From the NCBI GenBank assembly GCA_964057225.1, contig OZ059896.1:21638001-21702000 (forward strand): 64,000 nt of DNA. The letters run 5' to 3'. The DNA comes from Auanema rhodensis (Eukaryota; Animalia; Nematoda). Each line of letters begins with the position of its first letter. Position 1 is the first letter of the stretch. The translations under genes were made by a program, and so were the position numbers. Of the stretch, positions 25,461 to 38,700 are shown piece by piece. The notes beneath the pieces were generated by a model that saw only the letters and a list, made by a program, of their open reading frames with translations, made no database searches and was not told the DNA's origin.

Positions 25461-28400
25461 AAATTAGTTATGATCGTTTGAAAAATGATGCCTTAGTGTA
25501 TGTTGAGTTTCCATGTACACTCAACATTGCTTCCAAAAACATTTTGACAACAATTTTTTCGAAAAATTTCAAAATAATTTAGCAAAAAGTAGATGTTTAT
25601 AGATTCCTTTTTTCAAGGCAAAGACGATGGACAATGTTATTCAACGAAAAAATTAATTCTTCAGGGTGAAAATCGAGGATATAAGTGTGCACTTATATCA
25701 GTTGATATCTTGGTGCATTTTTAAGCTAGCGTAAATCTGATAACACAGATCGACGCACCTTAAAAATCCGCATCGAATGCACTATACTACATTGAGAAAC
25801 GCTTAATACAAAAATTAGTTATGATCGTTTGAAAAATGATGCCTTAGTGTATGTTGAGTTTCCATGTACACTCAACATTGCTTCCAAAAACATTTTGACA
25901 AAAATTTTTTCGATAAATTTCAAAATAATTTAGCGAAGAGTAGATGTTTTTAGATTCCTTTTTTTAAGGCAAAGACGATGGACAATGTTATTCAACGAAA
26001 AAATTAATTCTTCAGGGTGAAAATCGAGGATATAAGTGTGAACTTATATCAGTTGATATCTCGGTGCATTTTTAAGCTAGCGCAAATCTGATAACACAGA
26101 TCGACGCAGCCTAAAAATCCGCATCGAATGCACTATACTACATTGAGAAACGCTTAATACAAAAATTAGTTATGATCGTTTGAAAAATGATGCATTAGTG
26201 TATGTTGAGTTTCCATGTACACTCAACATTGCTTCCAAAAACATTTTGACAAAAATTTTTTCGAAAAATTTCAAAATAATTTAGCAAAAAGTAGATGTTT
26301 TTAGATTCCTCTTTTCAAGGCAAAGACGATGGACAATGTTATTCAACGAAAAAATTAATTCTTCAGGGTGAAAATCGAGGATATAAGTGTGAACTTATAT
26401 CAGTTGATATCTCGGTGCATTTTCAAGCTAGCGCAAATCTGATAACACAGATCGACGCAGCTTAAAAATCCGCATCGAATGCACTATACTACTTTGAGAA
26501 ACGCTTAATACAAAAATTAGTTATGATCGTTTGAAAATTGATGCATTAGTGTATGTTGAGTTTCCATGTACACTCAACATTGCTTCCAAAAACATTTTGA
26601 CAAAAATTTTTTCGAAAAATTTCAAAATAATTTAGCAAAAAGTAGATGTTTTTAGATTCCTTTTCTCAAGGCAAAGACGATGGACAATGTTATCCAACGA
26701 AAAAATTAATTCTTCAGGGTGAAAATCGAGGATATAAGTGTGAACTTATATCAGTTGATATCTCGGTGCATTTTTAAGCTAGCGCAGATCTGATAACACA
26801 GATCGACGCAGCTTAAAAATCCGCATCGAATGCACTATACTACTTTGAGAAACGCTTAATACAAAAATTAGTTATGATCGTTTGAAAAATGATGCCTTAG
26901 TGTATGTTGAGTTTCCATGTACACTCAACATTGCTTCCAAAAACATTTTGATAAAAATTTTTTCGAAAAATTTCAAAATAATTTAGCAAAAAGTAGATGT
27001 TTATAGATTCCTTTTTTCAAGGCAAAGACGATGGACAATGTTATTCAACGAAAAAATTAATTCTTCAGGGTGAAAATCGAGGATATAAGTGTGCACTTAT
27101 ATCAGTTGATATCTTGGTGCATTTTTAAGCTAGCGCAAATCTGATAACACAGATCGACGCAACTTAAAAATCCGCATCGAATGCACTATACTACATTGAG
27201 AAACGCTTAATACAAAAATTAGTTATGATCGTTTGAAAAATGATGCCTTAGTGTATGTTGAGTTTCCATGTACACTCAACATTGCTTCCAAAAACATTTT
27301 GATAAAAATTTTTTCGATAAATTTCAAAATAATTTAGCAAAGAGTAGATGTTTTTAGATTCCTTTTTTTAAGGCAAAGACGATGGACAATGTTATTCAAC
27401 GAAAAAATTAATTCTTCAGGGTGAAAATCGAGGATATAAGTGTGAACTTATATCAGTTGATATCTCGGTGCATTTTTAAGCTAGCGCAAATCTGATAACA
27501 CAGATCGACGCAGCTTAAAAATCCGCATCGAATGCACTATACTACATTGAGAAACGCTTAATACAAAAATTAGTTATGATCGTTTGAAAAATGATGCATT
27601 AGTGTATGTTGAGTTTCCATGTACACTCAACATTGCTTCCAAAAACATTTTGACAAAAATTTTTTCGAAAAATTTCAAAATAATTTAGCAAAAAGTAGAT
27701 GTTTTTAGATTCCTTTCTTCAAGGCAAAGACGATGGACAATGTTATTCAACGAAAAAAATTAATTCTTCAGGGTGAAAATCGAGGATATAAGTGTGAACT
27801 TATATCAGTTGATATCTCGGTGCATTTTTAAGCTAGCGCAAATCTCATAACACAGATCGACGCAGCTTGAAAATCCGCATCGAATGCACTATACTACATT
27901 GAGAAACGCTTAATACAAAAATTAGTTATGATCGTTTGAAAAATGATGCATTAGTGTATGTTGAGTTTCCATGTACACTCAACATTGCTTCCAAAAACAT
28001 TTTGACAAAAATTTTTTCAAAAAATTTCAGAATAATTTAGCAAAAAGTAGATGTTTTTAGATTCCTTTTTTCAAGGCAAAGACGATGGACAATGTTATTC
28101 AACGAAAAAATTAATTCTTCAGGGTGAAAATCGAGGATATAAGTGTGCACTTATATCAGTTGATATCTTGGTGCATTTTTAAGCTAGCGCAAATCTGATA
28201 ACACAGATCGACGCATCTTAAAAATCCGCATCGAATCCACTATACTACATTGAGAAACGCTTAATACAAAAATTAGTTATGATCGTTTGAAAAATGATGC
28301 CTTAGTGTATGTTGAGTTTCCATGTACACTCAACATTGCTTCCAAAAACATTTTGACAACAATTTTTTCGAAAAATTTCAAAATAATTTAGCAAAAAGTA

Positions 28401-29702
28401 GATGTTTATAGATTCCTTTTTTCAAGGCAAAGACGATGGACAATGTTATTCAACGAAAAAATTAATTCTTCAGGGTGAAAATCGAGGATATAAGTGTGCA
28501 CTTATATCAGTTGATATCTTGGTGCATTTTTAAGCTAGCGTAAATCTGATAACACAGATCGACGCACCTTAAAAATCCGCATCGAATGCACTATACTACA
28601 TTGAGAAACGCTTAATACAAAAATTAGTTATGATCGTTTGAAAAATGATGCCTTAGTGTATGTTGAGTTTCCATGTACACTCAACATTGCTTCCAAAAAC
28701 ATTTTGACAAAAATTTTTTCGATAAATTTCAAAATAATTTAGCGAAGAGTAGATGTTTTTAGATTCCTTTTTTTAAGGCAAAGACGATGGACAATGTTAT
28801 TCAACGAAAAAATTAATTCTTCAGGGTGAAAATCGAGGATATAAGTGTGAACTTATATCAGTTGATATCTCGGTGCATTTTTAAGCTAGCGCAAATCTGA
28901 TAACACAGATCGACGCAGCCTAAAAATCCGCATCGAATGCACTATACTACATTGAGAAACGCTTAATACAAAAATTAGTTATGATCGTTTGAAAAATGAT
29001 GCATTAGTGTATGTTGAGTTTCCATGTACACTCAACATTGCTTCCAAAAACATTTTGACAAAACTTTTTTCGAAAAATTTCAAAATAATTTAGCAAAAAG
29101 TAGATGTTTTTAGATTCCTCTTTTCAAGGCAAAGACGATGGACAATGTTATTCAACGAAAAAATTAATTCTTCAGGGTGAAAATCGAGGATATAAGTGTG
29201 AACTTATATCAGTTGATATCTCGGTGCATTTTCAAGCTAGCGCAAATCTGATAACACAGATCGACGCAGCTTAAAAATCCGCATCGAATGCACTATACTA
29301 CTTTGAGAAACGCTTAATACAAAAATTAGTTATGATCGTTTGAAAATTGATGCATTAGTGTATGTTGAGTTTCCATGTACACTCAACATTGCTTCCAAAA
29401 ACATTTTGACAAAAATTTTTTCGAAAAATTTCAAAATAATTTAGCAAAAAGTAGATGTTTTTAGATTCCTTTTCTCAAGGCAAAGACGATGGACAATGTT
29501 ATCCAACGAAAAAATTAATTCTTCAGGGTGAAAATCGAGGATATAAGTGTGAACTTATATCAGTTGATATCTCGGTGCATTTTTAAGCTAGCGCAAATCT
29601 GATAACACAGATCGACGCAGCTTAAAAATCCGCATCGAATGCACTATACTACATTGAGAAACGCTTGATACAAAATTTAGTTATGATCGTTTGAAAAATG
29701 AT
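24200..29702 (+). repeat. Tandem duplication of an 8-monomer HOR (2809 bp) ending at the inversion junction
   Basis: 'atccaacga' at 26692/29501, the A7 run at 24942/27751, 'cgacgcacct' at 25751/28560, and 'ttttctcaag' and 'tcctttcttc' repeat at a 2809-bp offset. Confidence 0.85.
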
Positions 29703-29737
29703 TTTTTTTTTCATGGAAACTCAACATACACTAATGC
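29703..29737. other. Inversion junction / 35-nt spacer of the giant quasi-palindrome (about T9 filler plus 26 nt of satellite)
   Basis: Reads ...gatcgtttgaaaaatgat | ttttttttt | catggaaactcaacatacactaatgc | atcaattttcaaacgatc... The left arm stops at monomer position 207 and the right arm starts (reversed) at monomer position 233. Confidence 0.95.
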
Positions 29738-32700
29738 ATCAATTTTCAAACGATCATAACTAATTATTGTATTAAGCGTTTCTCAAAGTAGTATAGTGCA
29801 TTCGATGCGGATTTTTAAGCTGCGTCGATCTGTGTTATCAGATTTGCGCTAGCTTAAAAATGCACCAAGATATCAACTGATATAAGTGCACACTTATATC
29901 CTCGATTTTCACTCTGAAGAATTAATTTTTTCGTTGAATAACATTGTCCATCGTCTTTGCCTTGAAAAAAGGAATCTAAAAACATCCACTTTTTGCTAAA
30001 TTATTTTGAAATTTTTCGAAAAAATTTTTGTCAAAATGTTTTTGGAAGCAATGTTGAGTGTACATGGAAACTCAACATATACTAATGCATCATTTTTTAA
30101 ACGATCATAACTAATTTTTGTATTAAGCGTTTCTCAATGTAGTATAGTGCATTCGATGCGGATTTTTAAGCTGCGTCGATTTGTGTTATCAGATTTGCGC
30201 TAGCTTAAAAATGCACCAAGATATCAACTGATATAAGTTCACACTTATATCCTCGATTTTCACATTGAAGAACTAATTTTTTTGTTGAATAACATTGTCC
30301 ATCGTCTCTGCCTTGAAAAAAGGAATCTAAAAACATCTACTTTTTGCTAAATTATTCTGGAATTTTTCGAAAAAATTTTTGTCAAAATGTTTTTGGAAGC
30401 AATGTTGAGTGTACATGAAAACTCAACATACACTAATGCATCATTTTTCAAACGATCATAACTAATTTTTGTATTAAGCGTTTCTCAATGTAGTATAGTG
30501 CATTCGATGCGGATTTTTAAGCTGCGTCGATCTGTGTTTTCAGATTTGCGCTAGCTTAAAAATGCACCGAGATATCAACTGATATAAGTTCACACTTATA
30601 TCCTCGATTTTCACCCTGAAGAATTACTTTTTTCGTTGAATAACATTGTCCATCGTCTTTGCCTTGAAAAAAGGAATCTAAAAACATCCACTTTTTGCTA
30701 AATTATTTTGAAATTTTTCGAAAAAATTTTTGTCAAAATGTTTTTGGAAGCAATGTTGAGTGTACATGGAAACTCAACATACACTAAGGCATCATTTTTC
30801 AAACGATCATAACTAATTTTTGTATTAAGCGTTTCTCAATGTAGTATAGTGCATTCGATGCGGATTTTCAAGCTGCGTCGATCTGTGTTATCAGATTTGC
30901 GCTAGCTTAAAAATGCACCAAGATATCAACTGATATAAGTTCACACTTATATCCTCGATTTTCACCCTGAAGAATTAATTTTTTCGTTGAATAACATTGT
31001 CCATCGTCTTTGCCTTGAAAAAAGGAATCTAAAAACATCCACTTTTTGCTAAATTATTTTGAAATTTTTCGAAAAAATTTTTGTCAAAATGTTTTTGGAA
31101 GCAATGTTGAGTGTACATGGAAACTCAACATATACTAATGCATCATTTTTTAAACGATCATAACTAATTTTTGTAATAAGCGTTTCTCAATGTAGTATAG
31201 TGCATTCGATGCGGATTTTTAAGCTGCGTCGATCTGTGTTATCAGATTTGCGCTAGCTTAAAAATGCACCGAGATATCAACTGATATAAGTTCACACTTA
31301 TATCCTCGATTTTCACATTGAAGAACTAATTTTTTCGTTGAATAACATTGTCCATCGTCTCTGCCTTGAAAAAAGGAATCTAAAAACATCTACTTTTTGC
31401 TAAATTATTCTGGAATTTTTCGAAAAAATTTTTGTCAAAATGTTTTTGGAAGCAATGTTGAGTGTACATGGAAACTCAACATACACTAATGCATCATTTT
31501 TCAAACGATCATAACTAATTTTTGTATTAAGCGTTTCTCAATGTAATATAGTGCATTCGATGCGGATTTTTAAGCTGCGTCGATCTGTGTTATCAGATTT
31601 GCGCTAGCTTAAAAATGCACCAAGATATCAACTGATATAAGTGCACACTTATATCCTCGATTTTCACCCTGAAGAATTAATTTTCCGTTGAATAACATTG
31701 TCCATCGTCTTTGCCTTGAAAAAAGGAATCTAAAAACATCCACTTTTTGCTAAATTATTTCGAAATTTTTCGAAAAAATTTTTGTCAAAATGTTTTTGGA
31801 AGCAATGTTGAGTGTACATGGAAACTCAACATACACTAATGCATCATTTTTCAAACGATCATAACTAATTCTTGTATTAAGCGTTTCTCAATGTAGTATA
31901 GTGCATTCGATGCGGATTTTTAAGCTGCGTCGATCTGTGTTATCAGATTTGCGCTAGCTTAAAAATGCACCGAGATATCAACTGATATAAGTTCACACTT
32001 ATATCCTCGATTTTCACCCTGAAGAATTAATTTTTTCGTTGAATAACATTGTCCATCGTCTTTGCCTTGAAAAAAGAAATCTAAAAACATCTACTTTTCG
32101 CTAAATTATTTTGAAATTTTTCGAAAAAATTTTTGTCAAAATGTTTTTGGAAGCAATGTTGAGTGTACATGGAAACTCAACATACACTAATGCATCATTT
32201 TTCAAACGATCATAACTAATTTTTGTATTAAGCGTTTCTTAATGTAGTATAGTGCATTCGATGCGGATTTTTAAGCTGCGTCGATCTGTGTTATCAGATT
32301 TGCGCTAGCTTGAAAATGCACCAAGATATCAACTGATATAAGTGCACACTTATATCCTCGATTTTCACCCTGAAGAATTAATTTTTTCGTTGAATAACAT
32401 TGTCCATCGTCTTTGCCTTGAAAAAAGGAATCTAAAAACATCTACTTTTTGCTAAATTATTTTGAAATTTTTCGAAAAAATTTTTGTCAAAATGTTTTTG
32501 GAAGCAATGTTGAGTGTACATGGAAACTCAACATACACTAAGGCATCATTTTTCAAACGATCAAAACTAATTTCTGTATTAAGCGTTTCTCAATGTAGTA
32601 TAGTGCATTCGATGCGGATTTTTAAGCTGCGTCGATCTGTGTTATCAGATTTGCGCTAACTTAAAAACGCACCGAGATATCAACTGATATAAGTTCACAC

Positions 32701-35700
32701 TTATATCCTCGATTTTCACATTGAAGAACTAATTTTTTCGTTGAATAACATTGTCCATCGTCTCTGCCTTGAAAAAAGGAATCTAAAAACATCTACTTTT
32801 TGCTAAATTATTCTGGAATTTTTTGAAAAAATTTTTGTCAAAATGTTTTTGGAAGCAATGTTGAGTGTACATGAAAACTCAACATACACTAATGCATCAT
32901 TTTTCAAACGATCATAACTAATTTTTGTATTAAGCGTTTCTCAATGTAGTATAGTGCATTCGATGCGGATTTCTAAGCTGCGTCGATCTGTGTTTTCAGA
33001 TTTGCGCTAGCTTAAAAATGCACCGAGATATCAACTGATATAAGTTCACACTTATATCCTCGATTTTCACCCTGAAGAATTAATTTTTTCGTTGAATAAC
33101 ATTGTCCATCGTCTTTGCCTTGATAAAAGAAATCTAAAAACATCTACTTTTCGCTAAATTATTTTGAAATTTTTCGAAAAAATTTTTGTCAAAATGTTTT
33201 TGGAAGCAATGTTGAGTGTACATGGAAACTCAACATACACTAATGCATCATTTTTCAAACGATCATAACTAATTTTTGTATTAAGCGTTTCTTAATGTAG
33301 TATAGTGCATTCGATGCGGATTTTTAAGCTGCGTCGATCTGTGTTATCAGATTTGCGCTAGCTTGAAAATGCACCAAGATATCAACTGATATAAGTGCAC
33401 ACTTATATCCTCGATTTTCACCCTGAAGAATTAATTTTTTCGTTGAATAACATTGTCCATCGTCTTTGCCTTGAAAAAAGGAATCTAAAAACATCTACTT
33501 TTTGCTAAATTATTTTGAAATTTTTCGAAAAAATTTTTGTCAAAATGTTTTTGGAAGCAATGTTGAGTGTACATGGAAACTCAACATACACTAATGCATC
33601 ATTTTTCAAACGATCATAACTAATTTTTGTATTAAGCGTTTCTCAATGTAGTAAACTGCATTCGATGCGGATTTTTAAGCTGCGTCGATCTGTGTTATCA
33701 GATTTGCGCTAGCTTAAAAATGCACCGAGATATCAACTGATATAAGTTCACACTTATATCCTCGATTTTCACCCTGAAGAATTAATTTTTTCGTTGAATA
33801 ACATTGTCCATCGTCTTTGCCTTGAAAAAAGGAATCTAAAAACATCTACTTTTTGCTAAATTATTTTGAAATTTTTCGAAAAAATTTTTGTCAAAATGTT
33901 TTTGGAAGCAATGTTGAGTGTACATGGAAACTCAACATACACTAAGGCATCATTTTTCAAACGATCATAACTAATTTTTGTATTAAGCGTTTCTCAATGT
34001 AGTATAGTGCATTCGATGCGGATTTTCAAGCTGCGTCGATCTGTGTTATGAGATTTGCGCTAGCTTAAAAATGCACCGAGATATCAACTGATATAAGTTC
34101 ACACTTATATCCTCGATTTTCACCCTGAAGAATTAATTTTTTCGTTGAATAACATTGTCCATCGTCTTTGCCTTGAAAAAAGGAATCTAAAAACATCTAC
34201 TTTTTGCTAAATTATTTTGAAATTTTTCGAAAAAATTTTTGTCAAAATGTTTTTGGAAGCAATGTTGAGTGTACATGGAAACTCAACATACACTAATGCA
34301 TCATTTTTCAAACGATCATAACTAATTTTTGTATTAAGCGTTTCTCAATGTAATATAGTGCATTCGATGCGGATTTTCAAGCTGCGTCGATCTGTGTTAT
34401 CAGATTTGCGCTAGCTTAAAAATGCACCAAGATATCAACTGATATAAGTTCACACTTATATCCTCGATTTTCACCCTGAAGAATTAATTTTTTCGTTGAA
34501 TAACATTGTCCATCGTCTTTGCCTTGAAAAAAGGAATCTAAAAACATCTACTTTTTGCTAAATTATTTTGAAATTTTTCGAAAAAATTTTTGTCAAAATG
34601 TTTTTGGAAGCAATGTTGAGTGTACATGGAAACTCAACATACACTAATGCATCATTTTTCAAACGATCATAACTAATTTTTGTATTAAGCGTTTCTCAAT
34701 GTAGTATAGTGCATTCGATGCGGATTTTTAAGCTGCGTCGATCTGTGTTATCAGATCTGCGCTAGCTTAAAAATGCACCGAGATATCAACTGATATAAGT
34801 TCACACTTATATCCTCGATTTTCACCCTGAAGAATTAATTTTTTCGTTGAATAACATTGTCCATCGTCTTTGCCTTGAAAAAAGGAATCTAAAAACATTT
34901 ACTTTTTGCTAAATTATTTTGAAATTTTTCGAAAAAATTTTTGTCAAAATGTTTTTGGAAGCAATGTTGAGTGTACATGGAAACTCAACATACACTAATG
35001 CATCATTTTTCAAACGATCATAACTAATTTTTGTATTAAGCGTTTCTCAATGTAATATAGTGCATTCGATGCGGATTTTCAAGCTGCGTCGATCTGTGTT
35101 ATCAGATTTGCGCTAGCTTTAAAATGCACCAAGATATCAACTGATATAAGTGCACACTTATATCCTCGATTTTCACCCTGAAGAATTAATTTTTTCGTTG
35201 AATAACATTGTCCATCGTCTTTGTCTTGAAAAAAGGAATCTAAAAACATCTACTTTTTGCTAAATTATTTTGAAATTTTTCGAAAAAATTTTTGTCAAAA
35301 TGTTTTTGGAAGCAATGTTGAGTGTACATGGAAACTCAACATACACTAATGCATCATTTTTCAAACGATCATAACTAATTTTTGTATTAAGCGTTTCTCA
35401 ATGTAGTATAGTGCATCCGATGCGGATTTTTAAGCTGCGTCGATCTGTGTTATCAGATCTGCGCTAGCTTAAAAATGCACCGAGATATCAACTGATATAA
35501 GTTCACACTTATATCCTCGATTTTCACCCTGAAGAATTAATTTTTTTGTTGAATAACATTGTCCATCGTCTTTGCCTTGAAAAAAGGAATCTAAAAACAT
35601 CTACTTTTTGCTAAATTATCTTGAAATTTTTCGAAAAAATTTTTGTCAAAATGTTTTTGGAAGCAATGTTGAGTGTACATGGAAACTCAACATACACTAA

Positions 35701-38700
35701 TGCATCATTTTTCAAACGATCATAACTAATTTTTGTATTAAGCGTTTCTCAATGTAGTATAGTGCATTCGATGCGGATTTTTAAGCTGCGTCGATCTGTG
35801 TTATCAGATTTGCGCTAGCTTAAAAATGCACCGAGATATCAACTGATATAAGTTTACACTTATATCCTCGATTTTCACCCTGAAGAATTAATTTTTTCGT
35901 TGAATAACATTGTCCATCGTCTTTGCCTTGAAAAAAGGAATCTAAAAACATCTACTTTTTGCTAAATTATTTTGAAATTTTTCGAAAAAATTTTTGTCAA
36001 AATGTTTTTGGAAGCAATGTTGAGTGTACATGGAAACTCAACATACACTAATGCATCATTTTTCAAACGATCATAACTAATTTTTGTATTAAGCGTTTCT
36101 CAATGTAATATAGTGCATTCGATGCGGATTTTCAAGCTGCGTCGATCTGTGTTATCAGATTTGCGCTAGCTTAAAAATGCACCAAGATATCAACTGATAT
36201 AAGTGCACACTTATATCCTCGATTTTCACCCTGAAGAATTAATTTTTTCGTTGAATAACATTGTCCATCGTCTTTGTCTTGAAAAAAGGAATCTAAAAAC
36301 ATCTACTTTTTGCTAAATTATTTTGAAATTTTTCGAAAAAATTTTTGTCAAAATGTTTTTGGAAGCAATGTTGAGTGTACATGGAAACTCAACATACACT
36401 AATGCATCATTTTTCAAACGATCATAACTAATTTTTGTATTAAGCGTTTCTCAATGTAGTATAGTGCATTCGATGCGGATTTTAAAGCTGCGTCGATCTG
36501 TGTTATCAGATTTGCGCTAGCTTAAAAATGCACCGAGATATCAACTGATATAAGTTCACACTTATATCCTCGATTTTCACCCTGAAGAATTAATTTTTTT
36601 GTTGAATAACATTGTCCATCGTCTTTGCCTTGAAAAAAGGAATCTAAAAACATCTACTTTTTGCTAAATTATCTTGAAATTTTTCGAAAAAATTTTTGTC
36701 AAAATGTTTTTGGAAGCAATGTTGAGTGTACATGGAAACTCAACATACACTAATGCATCATTTTTCAAACGATCATAACTAATTTTTGTATTAAGCGTTT
36801 CTCAATGTAGTATAGTGCATTCGATGCGGATTTTTAAGCTGCGTCGATCTGTGTTATCAGATTTGCGCTAGCTTAAAAATGCACCGAGATATCAACTGAT
36901 ATAAGTTTACACTTATATCCTCGATTTTCACCCTGAAGAATTAATTTTTTCGTTGAATAACAATGTCCATCGTCTTTGTCTTGAAAAAAGGAATCTAAAA
37001 ACATCTATTTTTTGCTAAATTATTCTGAAATTTTTCGAAAAAATTTTTGTCAAAATGTTTTTGGAAGCAATGTTGAGTGTACATGGAAACTCAACATACA
37101 CTAATGCATCATTTTTCAAACGATCATAACTAATTTTTGTATTAAGCGTTTCTCAATGTAGTATAGTACATTCGATGCGGATTTTTAAGCTGCGTCGATC
37201 TGTGTTATCAGATTTGCGCTAGCTTGAAAATGCACCGAGATATCAACTGATATAAGTTCACACTTATATCCTCGATTTTCACCCTGAAGAATTAATTTTT
37301 TCGTTGAATAACATTGTCCATCGTCTTTGCCTTGAAAAAAGAAATCTAAAAACATCTACTTTTTGCTAAATTATTTTGAAATTTTTCGAAAAAATTTTTG
37401 TCAAAATGTTTTTGGAAGCAATGTTGAGTGTACATGGAAACTCAACATACACTAATGCATCATTTTTCAAACGATCATAACTAATTTTTGTATTAAGCGT
37501 TTCTCAATGTAATATAGTGCATTCGATGCGGATTTTCAAGCTGCGTCGATCTGTGTTATCAGATTTGCGCTAGCTTAAAAATGCACCAAGATATCAACTG
37601 ATATAAGTGCACACTTATATCCTCGATTTTCACTCTGAAGAATTAATTTTTTCGTTGAATAACATTGTCCATCGTCTTTGCCTTGAAAAAAGGAATCTAA
37701 AAACATGCACTTTTTGCTAAATTATTTTGAAATTTTTCGAAAAACTTTTTGTCAAAATGTTTTTGGAAGCAATGTTGAGTGTACATGGAAACTCAACATA
37801 CACTAATGCATCATTTTTCAAACAATCATAACTAATTTTTGTATTAAGCGTTTCTCAATGTAGTATAGTGCATTCGATGCGGATTTTTAAGCTGCGTCGA
37901 TCTGTGTTATCAGATTTGCGCTAGCTTAAAAATGCACCGAGATATCAACTGATATAAGTTTACCCTTATATCCTCGATTTTCACCCTGAAGAATTAATTT
38001 TTTCGTTGAATAACATTGTCCATCGTCTTTGCCTTGAAAAAAGGAATCTAAAAACATCTACTTTTTGCTAAATTATTTTAAAATTTTTCGAAAAAATTTT
38101 TGTCAAAATGTTTTTGGAAGCAATGTTGAGTGTACATGGAAACTCAACATACACTAATGCATCATTTTTCAAACGATCATAACTAATTTTTGTATTAAGC
38201 GTTTCTCAATGTAGTATAGTGCATTCGATGCGGATTTTTAAGCTGCGTCGATCTGTGTTATCAGATTTGCGCTAGCTTAAAAATGCACCAAGATATCAAC
38301 TGATATAAGTGCACACTTATATCCTCGATTTTCACCCTGAAGAATTAATTTTTTCGTTGAATAACATTGTCCATCGTCTTTGCCTTGAATAAAGGAATCT
38401 AAAAACATCTACTTTTTACTAAATTATTTTGAAATTTTTCGAAAAAATTTTTGTCAAAATGTTTTTGGAAGCAATGTTGAGTGTACATGGAAACTCAACA
38501 TACACTAATGCATCATTTTTCAAACGATCATAACTAATTTTTGTATTAAGCGTTTCTCAATGTAGTATAGTGCATTCGATGCGGATTTTTAAGCTGCGTC
38601 GATCTGTGTTATCAGATTTGCGCTAGCTTGAAAATGCACCGAGATATCAACTGATATAAGTTCACACTTATATCCTCGATTTTCACCCTGAAGAATTAAT

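Larger units (their letters stand above)
1..29702 (+). repeat. 351-bp satellite DNA tandem array, left arm (84 full monomers plus a 207-bp partial monomer)
   Basis: 'atgttattcaacg' recurs at 1, 352, 703 and so on. The last monomer starts at 29496 = 1 + 84x351 + 11, and the 11 extra bases match the 11 single-base insertions seen (6 'ccAtttttt' and 5 A7-run copies). Confidence 0.99.

Noticed and set aside
29702-29712. Fold-back chimeric read or assembly artefact at the inversion
   Set aside because: An artefact would give SNP-identical mirror arms, but the arms carry different variants and HORs. A contig mis-join cannot be fully excluded without reads.
32462-32659. 65-aa plus-strand ORF (MKFFEKIF...)
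   Set aside because: It has a TTG start and is open only because a private SNP (cataa>caaaa) removes a stop codon in one monomer.
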